Shown here piece after piece: positions 15,617-24,198 of a stretch of 52,780 nucleotides of DNA. Each line of letters opens with the position of its first letter. Position 1 is the stretch's first letter. Under the pieces are notes generated by a model. The model had not been told where the DNA came from, made no database searches, and worked only from the letters and a program-made list of their open reading frames with translations. Both the position numbers and the translations under genes were made by a program. This DNA is from an uncultured Bacillota bacterium. GTDB taxonomy: Bacteria; Bacillota_I; Bacilli_A; RFN20; CAG-826. The stretch lies in NCBI GenBank assembly GCA_949291655.1, contig CASEWT010000002.1, positions 1 through 52,780 of the forward strand. Reading direction: 5' to 3'.

Positions 15617-18004
15617 ATGCTGCACGTCAAGAAGAGAGATGGTTCGATTGTCGACTTCGAGCTGAGGAAAATCATGGAGGCCATGAACAAAGCCTTCATC
15701 GCCGAGCACGTCAATGTCACCGACGAGATTCTCGAGCGCCTGGCGCTTCGCGTTTCAAGCGAAATGCAACCCAAGGTCAAGGACGACGTCATTGAGGTCG
15801 AGGACATCCAAGACGCGGTTGAAGTCGTCCTCATCGAAAGTGGCTATGTGGCCGTGGCCCGCAGCTACATGGACTATCGGAAGAAGCACGAAGAGCTTCG
15901 GGAAATGAAGAACACCGAGCTGAACTACGCGAAGGTCGTCGACAATTACCTCAAGATCAACGACTGGCGCGTCAAGGAGAATTCTACCGTTACCTATTCG
16001 GTCGGCGGCCTCATTCTTTCCAATTCGGGTGCTGTCACGGCCAACTACTGGCTTTCCCAGGTCTATGACAAGGAAATCGCGGATGCCCACCGCAACGCGG
16101 ACATGCACATCCACGACCTCTCGATGCTGACCGGCTATTGCGCTGGTTGGAGCCTCAAGCAGCTCATCCAGGAAGGCCTTGGCGGCGTCCCCGGGAAAAT
16201 CACTTCTTCCCCGGCCCGCCACCTCATGACCCTCTGCAATCAAATGGTCAACTTCCTCGGCATCATGCAAAACGAATGGGCCGGGGCCCAGGCTTTCAGC
16301 AGCTTCGACACCTACCTCGCTCCTTTCGTCAAGGCCGATAACCTCTCTTACAAGGAGGTCAAGCAAGCCATCCAGAGCTTCATCTACGGGGTCAATACTC
16401 CCTCCCGTTGGGGCACCCAGGCTCCGTTCACCAACGTAACCCTCGACTGGACGGTCCCCGACGACATGGCTGAGCTCAACTGCATCGTCGGCGGCAAGGA
16501 AATGCCCTTCAAGTACAAGGACTGCGTCGAGGAGATGCGGATGGTCAACAAGGCCTTCATCGAGGTCATGATCGAAGGCGACGCCAACGGGCGTGGCTTC
16601 CAGTACCCGATCCCGACCTACTCGATCACCAAGGATTTCGATTGGTCGGACACCGAAAACAACCGCCTTCTCTTCACGATGACGGCCAAATACGGGACCC
16701 CCTATTTCTCTAACTACATCAATAGCGACATGAAGCCGAGCGACGTCCGGAGCATGTGCTGCCGGCTCCGCCTCGACCTCCGCGAGCTCCGCAAGAAGAG
16801 CGGCGGCTACTTCGGTTCGGGCGAATCGACCGGTTCCATCGGGGTCGTCACCCTCAATATGCCGCGCCTTGCCTACCTTGCGACCGACCGGGACGACTTC
16901 TATGCCCGCCTCGATCGCCTTATGGACATCGCTGCCCGTTCCCTCTACATCAAGAGGAAGACGGTCACGGCCCTTCTCGAGGCCGGCCTCTACCCCTACA
17001 CGAAGCACTACCTCGGATCCTTCAACAACCACTTCTCGACGATCGGCCTCGTCGGCATGAACGAAGCCTGCCTCAACGCCCGTTGGATCGGCAAGGACCT
17101 CACCAACAAGGAGGCCGACGAATTCACGGCCGAGGTCCTCAACCACATGAGGAACCGCCTCTCGGATTACCAAGAGCGCTACGGCGACCTTTATAACCTC
17201 GAGGCGACGCCGGCCGAGTCGACGGCCTACCGCCTTGCCAAGCATGACCGCGAACGTTATCCCGACATCATCTGTGCCGGCGACAACAGCGGAACGCCCT
17301 ACTACACCAACAGCTCGCACCTTCCGGTCGGCTTCACCAACGACATCTTCCAGGCTCTCGACATCGAAGATCAGTTCCAGACCCTTTACACCTCCGGGAC
17401 CGTCTTCCATGCCTTCCTCGGCCAACGCCTCCCGAACTGGGAAAGCTGCATGAAGCTCGTCCGCAAGATCGCCGAAAACTACAAGCTCCCCTACTACACG
17501 ATGTCGCCGACCTATTCGGTTTGCCCCGATCACGGCTACATCGCCGGCGAGCAATGGAAGTGCCCGGTTTGCGGAAAGACGGCCGAAGTCTATTCCCGGA
17601 TCACCGGCTACTACCGCCCGGTCAAGAACTGGAACGAAGGCAAGGTCCAGGAATTCAAGGACCGCAAGACCTACGTCATCCGGGAAAACGAGAACCCGGT
17701 CATCAGCGAGAACGCTTCTTGCAAGGTTCAGACCCCGACGAAGGGCGCTCCCGTCCCCGACCACGCCATTCTCTTCACCTCCTCGACCTGCCCGAATTGC
17801 AAGATGGCCAAGATGATGCTCGACCGCGAGCACATCGCTTACGAAAACGTCGATGCCATGGAAAAGAAGGATTTGGCCAAGGAGTATGGCGTAAGCAAGG
17901 CTCCGACGCTCATCGTCCCGCGCGGAAACAGCTACGACATCTACGACAACGCCTCTCTCATCCGCGGTTACATCGAAGCCAGCAAGGGGAGTCATGCGTC
18001 CTGA
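15617..18004 (+). CDS. nrdD: Anaerobic ribonucleoside-triphosphate reductase (class III) with a C-terminal glutaredoxin/NrdH-like CPNC domain
   Basis: 795 aa. It has an ATP-cone N-terminus (MLHVKKRDGSIVDFELRKI), a Zn ribbon (CPDHG...CPVCG) and the glycyl-radical motif SRITGYYRP. These are followed by a ~30-aa linker and a 79-aa redoxin-like module containing CPNC. Confidence 0.95.
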   Translation: MLHVKKRDGSIVDFELRKIMEAMNKAFIAEHVNVTDEILERLALRVSSEMQPKVKDDVIEVEDIQDAVEVVLIESGYVAVARSYMDYRKKHEELREMKNTELNYAKVVDNYLKINDWRVKENSTVTYSVGGLILSNSGAVTANYWLSQVYDKEIADAHRNADMHIHDLSMLTGYCAGWSLKQLIQEGLGGVPGKITSSPARHLMTLCNQMVNFLGIMQNEWAGAQAFSSFDTYLAPFVKADNLSYKEVKQAIQSFIYGVNTPSRWGTQAPFTNVTLDWTVPDDMAELNCIVGGKEMPFKYKDCVEEMRMVNKAFIEVMIEGDANGRGFQYPIPTYSITKDFDWSDTENNRLLFTMTAKYGTPYFSNYINSDMKPSDVRSMCCRLRLDLRELRKKSGGYFGSGESTGSIGVVTLNMPRLAYLATDRDDFYARLDRLMDIAARSLYIKRKTVTALLEAGLYPYTKHYLGSFNNHFSTIGLVGMNEACLNARWIGKDLTNKEADEFTAEVLNHMRNRLSDYQERYGDLYNLEATPAESTAYRLAKHDRERYPDIICAGDNSGTPYYTNSSHLPVGFTNDIFQALDIEDQFQTLYTSGTVFHAFLGQRLPNWESCMKLVRKIAENYKLPYYTMSPTYSVCPDHGYIAGEQWKCPVCGKTAEVYSRITGYYRPVKNWNEGKVQEFKDRKTYVIRENENPVISENASCKVQTPTKGAPVPDHAILFTSSTCPNCKMAKMMLDREHIAYENVDAMEKKDLAKEYGVSKAPTLIVPRGNSYDIYDNASLIRGYIEASKGSHAS

Positions 18005-18917
18005 TCTACTGATCATCGGCGGAGGGCCGGCGGGAATGACCGCCGCCCTTTATGCATTAAGGGCCGGCAAGACCGTCATGCTCCTCGAAAAGAGCGCTTT
18101 CGGCGGGCAAATCGCCGAAAGCCCCCTCGTCGAGAACATTCCTTCGATTGCCTCCATTTCGGGACAGGATTATGCCTCCCGCGTCTTTGACCAGATTTCG
18201 GCCCTTGGCGTCGAATTCGACATGGACAACGTGACGGGAATCCTCAAAAAGGACGGCTATTTCATCGCCCAGGGGGAATACGGTTCCTACGAGGCCCGGG
18301 CCATCGTCATCGCGACGGGCTGCCGCCCCCGTAAGCTGGCTATTCCCGGCGAGGAAAGATTACTTGGCAAAGGGGTTAGCTACTGCGCGGTCTGCGACGG
18401 AGCTTTCTACGAAGGGAAAGAGGTTGCCGTCATCGGCGATGCCAATAGCGCCATTGTCTATGCCCTAAGCCTCTCTGACCTCTGCAAGAAAGTCACCGTC
18501 TGCACCCTCTTCGACCGTTTCTTCGGAGAAGAGGCTTCGGTCAAGGCCCTCCTCTTGCGGCCGAACGTGGAAGTCATCCATGAGGTTTCGGCCCTTGCCT
18601 TCGAAGGTTCCGAAAGCCTCGAGAGCATCTGCTTCCAACGCAAGGACGGCACCTCCTTCAATCTAAAGGCTGACGGCTGCTTCGTGGCCATCGGCCAACT
18701 CCCGGACAACGGCCGCTTCGAAGGCCTTGTCAAACTCGACGGCAACGGCTTCATCGTCGCCGACGAAGGGATGGCTACCGCAACCCCTGGCATCTACGCC
18801 GCTGGGGACTGCCGGCAAAAGAAAATCCGCCAAGTCGTCGCGGCGGAATCCGACGGAGCCATCGCGGCCCTTTCGGCCATCGACTACCTGAACAAGCTCG
18901 ATGCCGCTCAATCGTAG
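17994..18917 (+). CDS. trxB: Thioredoxin-disulfide reductase
   Basis: 307 aa with LIIGGGPAGMTAA, the redox-active CAVCDG, and a second dinucleotide motif VAVIGDANSA. The ATG overlaps the nrdD 3' end by 11 nt and is preceded by AAGGGGAG. Confidence 0.92.
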   Translation: MRPDLLIIGGGPAGMTAALYALRAGKTVMLLEKSAFGGQIAESPLVENIPSIASISGQDYASRVFDQISALGVEFDMDNVTGILKKDGYFIAQGEYGSYEARAIVIATGCRPRKLAIPGEERLLGKGVSYCAVCDGAFYEGKEVAVIGDANSAIVYALSLSDLCKKVTVCTLFDRFFGEEASVKALLLRPNVEVIHEVSALAFEGSESLESICFQRKDGTSFNLKADGCFVAIGQLPDNGRFEGLVKLDGNGFIVADEGMATATPGIYAAGDCRQKKIRQVVAAESDGAIAALSAIDYLNKLDAAQS

Positions 18918-19603
18918 CCGCGCAGCTCGCAACGCTCGACGTACTTGAGAAGAATGGCCCTGAACAGCAGGGCCTTTTCTTTTGGAACGGTATGAAAGCC
19001 GCGGGCGATGCAGTTTTCGTTGTCGATGAACTCCTGAAGATAGAGGACCTTAGCGCCCCGGATCATCTGCCCGAGCGCTTCGATATCATCCTTTCGATGG
19101 AATTCCTCGACGATGGTCGTCCGAAATTCGTAACGGACCGTGGAGGTCAATAGGTAGGAGAAAGATTCCTTTATGGGAGCGAAATCGAGATTCGCCACTC
19201 CGACCGTTTCCCCATAGCGGGCCTCGCAGTTCTTGATGTCCATTGCCACGTAATCGACCAATCCCTGCTCGACGCATAGGCGAAGGATGGTGGGATCGGT
19301 TCCGTTGGTGTCGAGCTTTACTTTGTAGCCAAGGCTCTTGATATCGGAAAGCTTCTCGAGGAGGTCGGGCATCATCGTCGGCTCGCCTCCGGTCACGCAG
19401 ACGGCGTCGAGGACGTTTCTCCGCCTCGAAAGGTAATCCATGATTTCGTTCCACGGGATGCGAGCAACCTTCCCCGGTTGGAGAACCAAGGAAGAATTGT
19501 GGCACCATGGGCAACGGAGGGGACACCCAGCCGCGAAGAGGGTCGTCGTGATGTTGTCGTCATAGTCGACGAGCGAAAGCTTTTCCCAACCTGAAAAATC
19601 CAT
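18908..19603 (-). CDS. nrdG: Anaerobic RNR activating protein (radical SAM)
   Basis: 231 aa with the CPLRCPWCHN radical-SAM cluster motif. It is convergent with trxB and overlaps it by 10 nt. Confidence 0.92.
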   Translation of the reverse strand: MDFSGWEKLSLVDYDDNITTTLFAAGCPLRCPWCHNSSLVLQPGKVARIPWNEIMDYLSRRRNVLDAVCVTGGEPTMMPDLLEKLSDIKSLGYKVKLDTNGTDPTILRLCVEQGLVDYVAMDIKNCEARYGETVGVANLDFAPIKESFSYLLTSTVRYEFRTTIVEEFHRKDDIEALGQMIRGAKVLYLQEFIDNENCIARGFHTVPKEKALLFRAILLKYVERCELRGYD

Positions 19604-19817
19604 GGATATACTTTAGACCAACGGCCGGAAGAAAGGGCAAAAGAGGCTCAAAAATCGTGGCTATTTATGCGAAATCGCCGCAAAACGTGGTTTTCTCATC
19701 CAAAAATCGATTTCCAAATAATTCTGGTTCCGTCTTTTTGGAAGGTGGCCGCCCTCTATGCGTTAATGATGCGCGCCTCAGGCGTCGTCCTTCCTTTGCG
19801 GAGCCCCCCGGGATTGA

Positions 19818-19846
19818 TTTACATTCGTAACGAAGGACAGTAAACT
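19818..19846 (+). promoter_or_regulatory. Candidate sigma-70 promoter of the lipoprotein pair (TTTACA-17 nt-TAAACT)
   Basis: TTTACA at 19818-19823 and TAAACT at 19841-19846, 30 nt upstream of the ATG at 19877. Confidence 0.45.
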
Positions 19847-19876
19847 ATCCCCACTGGATCAGAGGGGACTTGTTTT

Positions 19877-21247
19877 ATGAATAAACGTTCGTTGTTTTTC
19901 TTCTTTTTGGCCGGGGCTCTATCGTCTTGCGTAGCGACTACTACGGAATCGGAACCGCCCCCTGCTTCTTCCTCCTCCGGGGAGACGGGCCAATCGGTGG
20001 TTAGTTCGGATCCTGTCCCGCAAACGCCTATCGACCGCTTCCTAAGCAAGACCTCGTCCGATTGCATCGTCAAATTGAGCGGCCAGTACCTGAAATGGAA
20101 CAACGGGGCTAACGATACCGTCGAGGTCGAGGCCACGGCCTTTTTCCAAACCGGCGAGCGCGATGCCTACGCCTATAAGGCCGAGACCAGGACCACACGA
20201 TTTGAGGATCTTTATGCCCTCTTGACCCTAGGAGACATCTTCTTTGAAGACGAAAACGGCTACTACTACTCGGAAAGCCTAAGCGCGAACAACGAGGTCA
20301 GGACCGCCGATTACTCCCAGTCCTTTTACAAAATCGGCTATAACCCCCTGGGCTATCTAAGGAAAACCGACTTCTACGAAGACGGAACGCTCAACCCCTC
20401 AAGCTTCGGGCGGGTCTTCGTTTCCTTGATCGAGCCTTGGGAAACTTACGAGAACGGGGCTTTGATCGAACTATTCGATGACGTCAGCTTCGAAATATCC
20501 ACTTCTCCCTCTTACACCTTCAATGAGGAGGGAATTCTCATCAGCTTCGAAACCTTCGGCCGGGATCCGACGACTCAAGACGGAGAAGGGACGTGGTCGC
20601 TTGAAGCAAGCTTTCCCGACGATATCGGAATTACCAATCTCAATCCTTTGGAAAAGCTTCCTGAACACGACGTCCTGAAGGAAAGCGTCTCCGCCTTGAA
20701 CTCTTCTTCTTACACGATGAGCATCGTCGATAACTACGACCAGCCCTGGAAATACCATAAGGGGGAACAGGCTGCCTATTTGGAGTACCTCGGGGACAAA
20801 GAGGAATATCCCCGCTCCAGTTTCCTTCTCGCGCCATCGGAAGAAGGCATCGAAATCTACGAAAAAGAGGAGGACGGGAGCTTTTCCTACTATGACCTTG
20901 TCGGAAGCGACTACCTAACAAGCCAACCCGACACCATAGCCTACGAGATTTTCGAACTGGCCGAGCCGAGCCGCTTTTCCTTGAACGAAAACGTCGAGAA
21001 TCGCACCGAGCTCACCGAAGTCATCTTGGCTCTCTTCCCCAAAGTCATTGCCTACCAATTCCCCCAAACGTCATCGAACATGTCCATCGAACTAAACGAG
21101 GACGGAAGCCTTGCGAAGATCGACACCAACGGAGTCACGTTCGCCTTCTCGGCCTTCGAGGGGCTTCCGGAAGGCGTCGAGGACGGGCCTTATGTCCCGC
21201 CGGAAAGCGGAGAAGGGACTCCCGTCGCAGCGAAGGAGGTAATGTAG
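19877..21247 (+). CDS. Acidic lipoprotein of unknown function
   Basis: 456 aa with a signal peptide and lipobox LSSC (Cys18), followed by a Ser/Pro-rich linker. I recognised no catalytic motif. Confidence 0.8.
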   Translation: MNKRSLFFFFLAGALSSCVATTTESEPPPASSSSGETGQSVVSSDPVPQTPIDRFLSKTSSDCIVKLSGQYLKWNNGANDTVEVEATAFFQTGERDAYAYKAETRTTRFEDLYALLTLGDIFFEDENGYYYSESLSANNEVRTADYSQSFYKIGYNPLGYLRKTDFYEDGTLNPSSFGRVFVSLIEPWETYENGALIELFDDVSFEISTSPSYTFNEEGILISFETFGRDPTTQDGEGTWSLEASFPDDIGITNLNPLEKLPEHDVLKESVSALNSSSYTMSIVDNYDQPWKYHKGEQAAYLEYLGDKEEYPRSSFLLAPSEEGIEIYEKEEDGSFSYYDLVGSDYLTSQPDTIAYEIFELAEPSRFSLNENVENRTELTEVILALFPKVIAYQFPQTSSNMSIELNEDGSLAKIDTNGVTFAFSAFEGLPEGVEDGPYVPPESGEGTPVAAKEVM

Positions 21248-21249
21248 CA

Positions 21250-23787
21250 ATGAAAGCACGCTTTTTGGCTCTTTTGCCATTGTTCGTCCTTGCCTCTTGC
21301 GAGCCCTATAAGGTCGCGGCGGCAGACAAAGGCGACGAATGGTCGTTGACCAATGCCTTGGACTGCTTCAAATACGAAAACCACCGCTCCGTCATCACGG
21401 GCGACATCAACTGCCTCGTCGATTATCAGGTCTCCCCCAATCCCATTACCCGAATCACCGACCTCGAAGAAGGGCAAGACTATACCAGCGTCGAGAACTA
21501 TGAGGATTCCTTGATCTATGTCCGCGGCGAAACCGGAAATACCCTCACCTACAGCATCGATATCGAGAACCAGCTCCATGAACACCAATCCTCGCAGTTT
21601 GAATATTTCGACTATACCCTCACAAATCCCTTCTCCCTAATAACCGAGAACGACCTCGTGGAAAACGGGAACGTCTTCGAGGTCGAACGGAGAAAAGCCG
21701 GCAAAGTAGGGTACCTTTTGCTTGAGCAAATCGACACCATCAACCACTCGGCCTCCCAATTCGAAATCACCCTCACCCGGGAAGGCGACCGCTTCGTCGC
21801 CGCGTCGATCGCTTACGGGGAGAACGAAGGCAATAGCCGGGTCAATCGCCATTTGGACATCGAATTCGTAGACTATGGCCAGTTGACAGTCGATATGCCG
21901 GGAATGCAATACCGCGAGGAAAACGAATCCCTCCGGTCGGCCCTTTTCGATCTGATGGACGATTACCGGGTGCTCGCATTCGAGGTTTCGACCAGCGACG
22001 AGGAAGCCGATTATGAGGCCATTGAACTTTTCAAGGGCAATTGGAGCATTTGCTACGAGGCCAAGGGCAAAGAAGGCATCGACGACATCGTGAGCTTCTA
22101 CCCCGGAGACCCCGAAAACGGCGACCAGCACGTCGTGACCAGGTTCCACGGATGGTCGTATGTCGATACCGGAAGTCGCCTCGACCATTCTTATCTATGG
22201 CCGATTGCTCGCCTTAGCGAGGCCCACAACTTCTTCGACAAGATGTCGGAGGTCATGTACCACATCGACAGTACCAGCTTAGCCAAGCAGTTCGTCGACC
22301 GCCTCCTTGGGGAAGAGTTCGTTAGCCAGTTCGGGCGCCTCGACGGCTTCGAGGCGCTCGGAAACCCCTACACCGTTACCGTCTATCTAAAAGACGGATT
22401 GGTTCGCAATTTCAGCCTGCACAACCCCTTTTACCGCGACATCACGATCGTTCCGAAGTCGGAAGAAGAGATCATGAACGGCGATTTGTTGCCGGACGGG
22501 ACTTACGACAATACTTACGAGAACTACCCAACCACGGTCAGCGACTTTTTCCAAAGGGCAATCGAGCCGGGGGCTTCCCTCTGCTTCCAGGATGCCGCCA
22601 AAGAGGAAGCCTTCTACCTAGAGCGGGGGGAGAACAACGAATCGGCCCTTTTGACCCAGGTCTACGGGGGAAAAATCCACTTCGCTGTCTTTTACGGCCA
22701 CGAAGCAAGTAACTGGGACAATTTCGGAACTTACAACCTCAATCCCGACGAAGGGTATTTCTATAAGCCGGAGTGGAGCGCCGAAGACCCGACGGAGGCG
22801 CTTGGCAACGGCAGCTTCGAACTGCTCCGCGACTATGTGACCACCCTTCCTGCCGAGGACTACTTTTCTCCCATTGCGACCATCGCTTTCACCGACGAAG
22901 CGGAAGCAGCCATTAAAACGGTTTTCGGCTCTTGCTTCGAAGGAGCCCTTTCGTTGGTGGCCTCCTTGGGGCACATCACTCGCTTGGACATGAAGGCACC
23001 GGAGGGCGAGCCCTTCCTGGAAATCTATAGCGACGACACCCTCCTCGGCACCATCGGAATAGGCGATTACGATTCCTCCTCCGACGGTTTGGATTTCGGA
23101 CTGAGCAGCATCATCGAACTCGACGAAAATGGCCGCTACTACGTAAGCCATTACGAGAAAGGGTATCTTGTCGCAAACTTCCTCACCTCGATGCGTTATC
23201 GCATCGACGTCGAGGGAGAAGGCGGTTCGTTCTACTTCTCGACGAAGGACGTCGTCTATGTCGACGGAAGCCGCATCGATTGGTACCGCTATGCCGAGGG
23301 TAGCGACCTCCTGTATCCCTGCCTATCGACAGATGGCGGCGCTTCTTGGAGCGTCCTTTCGCCGACCGAAAACTATCAATCCATCGCCTCCGGCATTGGC
23401 GGGACCTACGATACGCTCAGCACCGGAATCTACGATGGCTATCACGTCAAATACGATACCAAAGACGTCTACCCTGGCGAAGAGGCGGAATCCGTCTACC
23501 TTCCGGGCGTCGTCGCCGATACGGTCTTCGGCGAAAGCCGGCCGGACTTCGCTTTCGGGGAAAGGACAATTACCCGCTTCTTCTTCTCCTTGCCTCGCTC
23601 CTGGGACGATGTCCCCTTCAAAGCTGAGGTCGTTTCGGGAAGGCAAACCGGAAGTCACGAGCTGGAGTTCGTTGCCGAAAGTTCGTTAAGCTTCGACATC
23701 CTCGAATACAGGGCCGACGAGCTTCCTTTCCCGGGCTACGAGGATGCTCCCCTTACCCAAAGCCAGATCGAAAGCGGCAGTTTCTAA
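21250..23787 (+). CDS. Large acidic lipoprotein of unknown function
   Basis: 845 aa with a signal peptide and lipobox LASC (Cys17). It starts 2 nt after the previous stop. Confidence 0.8.
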   Translation: MKARFLALLPLFVLASCEPYKVAAADKGDEWSLTNALDCFKYENHRSVITGDINCLVDYQVSPNPITRITDLEEGQDYTSVENYEDSLIYVRGETGNTLTYSIDIENQLHEHQSSQFEYFDYTLTNPFSLITENDLVENGNVFEVERRKAGKVGYLLLEQIDTINHSASQFEITLTREGDRFVAASIAYGENEGNSRVNRHLDIEFVDYGQLTVDMPGMQYREENESLRSALFDLMDDYRVLAFEVSTSDEEADYEAIELFKGNWSICYEAKGKEGIDDIVSFYPGDPENGDQHVVTRFHGWSYVDTGSRLDHSYLWPIARLSEAHNFFDKMSEVMYHIDSTSLAKQFVDRLLGEEFVSQFGRLDGFEALGNPYTVTVYLKDGLVRNFSLHNPFYRDITIVPKSEEEIMNGDLLPDGTYDNTYENYPTTVSDFFQRAIEPGASLCFQDAAKEEAFYLERGENNESALLTQVYGGKIHFAVFYGHEASNWDNFGTYNLNPDEGYFYKPEWSAEDPTEALGNGSFELLRDYVTTLPAEDYFSPIATIAFTDEAEAAIKTVFGSCFEGALSLVASLGHITRLDMKAPEGEPFLEIYSDDTLLGTIGIGDYDSSSDGLDFGLSSIIELDENGRYYVSHYEKGYLVANFLTSMRYRIDVEGEGGSFYFSTKDVVYVDGSRIDWYRYAEGSDLLYPCLSTDGGASWSVLSPTENYQSIASGIGGTYDTLSTGIYDGYHVKYDTKDVYPGEEAESVYLPGVVADTVFGESRPDFAFGERTITRFFFSLPRSWDDVPFKAEVVSGRQTGSHELEFVAESSLSFDILEYRADELPFPGYEDAPLTQSQIESGSF

Positions 23788-23952
23788 CGCCTAAGCACTT
23801 TCCTTTTCCCTGCCCTCGGTCCTTTTCTCGTCCTACCCGTGGCACCCGATGCCTGGCCCATGGCCGTTTTCTCGATGCGCGGCTCTACAAGATCCACTTC
23901 CTCCTTTCAAGCGTCTTGCCTCGAGAAAAGGACCACGGGTAAAGCCAGGATC

Positions 23953-23986
23953 GAAGAAACGAAAAAGACCCGGCTTTCGTCGGGTC
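23953..23986 (-). terminator. Intrinsic terminator downstream of tRNA-Ala
   Basis: Minus strand reads GACCCG-acgaaagc-CGGGTC followed by TTTTTCGTTTCTTC. Confidence 0.7.
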
Positions 23987-24071
23987 CTGTTCGTTTATCG
24001 CCTGCCGACTAGAGCGCTCGATTCACCGTAGAAGGCGTGCTCTGCTGCCCTAGGACATGAAGCGTTCGGCT

Positions 24072-24147
24072 TGGTGGAGCTAACGGGGATCGAACCCGCG
24101 ACCTCATCGTTGCGAACGATGCGCTCTCCCAACTGAGCTACAGCCCC
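24072..24147 (-). tRNA. tRNA-Ala (anticodon CGC), CCA encoded
   Basis: Minus strand reads GGGGCTGTAGCTCAGTTGGGAGAGCGCATCGTTCGCAACGATGAGGTCGCGGGTTCGATCCCCGTTAGCTCCACCA. It folds as a cloverleaf with the G3:U70 Ala identity pair, anticodon loop TTCGCAA and T-loop GGTTCGATCC. Confidence 0.95.
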
Positions 24148-24159
24148 AAACGCCCCGAT

Positions 24160-24188
24160 ATTATAGGTAGGGAGACCATTGTAGTAAA
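24160..24188 (-). promoter_or_regulatory. Candidate sigma-70 promoter of tRNA-Ala (TTTACT-17 nt-TATAAT)
   Basis: Minus strand has TTTACT (24188-24183) and TATAAT (24165-24160). The tRNA 5' end lies 12 nt downstream of the -10. Confidence 0.55.
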
Positions 24189-24198
24189 GAGAAAACCC

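Noticed and set aside
15755-18016. Very long antisense ORFs opposite real genes. Examples: 753 aa opposite nrdD, 676 aa at 47453-49483 opposite dnaX, 554 aa at 40042-41706 opposite secA, 493 aa at 37485-38966 opposite uvrB, and 462 aa at 4228-5616 opposite prs/queT.
   Set aside because: Their translations are low-complexity and rich in Arg, Gly, Asp, Val and Leu, with no motifs. The opposite strand in each case encodes an unmistakable conserved protein. Strong G/C preference at third codon positions removes stop codons from the antisense frames, which is a known artefact of GC-biased genomes.
19640-19715. Three imperfect direct repeats (CAAAAATCGTGG, CAAAACGTGG, CAAAAATCGAT) upstream of nrdG, considered as NrdR, Fnr or Rex sites.
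   Set aside because: They do not match the palindromic NrdR box, the TTGAT-N4-ATCAA Fnr box or the Rex consensus. The repeats are short, A-rich and irregularly spaced, so chance similarity is likely.
23987-24071. The tRNA-Ala trailer as a small SRP (4.5S) RNA or a second tRNA, because of GUCC-UAGG-GCAGCAG, which faintly resembles the SRP domain IV GUCC-GGAA-GGAAGCAGC.
   Set aside because: There is no GNRA tetraloop and no AGG...AGCA symmetric-loop partners. The 5' and 3' ends do not pair into the required long helix. No D- or T-loop consensus is present for a tRNA.
19604-24198. The lipoprotein pair plus tRNA-Ala as an integrated mobile or genomic island.
   Set aside because: I could find no integrase, transposase, phage or conjugation genes, and no direct repeat of the tRNA 3' end in the window. 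Codon style looks like that of the flanking genes by eye. The possibility is left as a compositional check under the lipoprotein finding.
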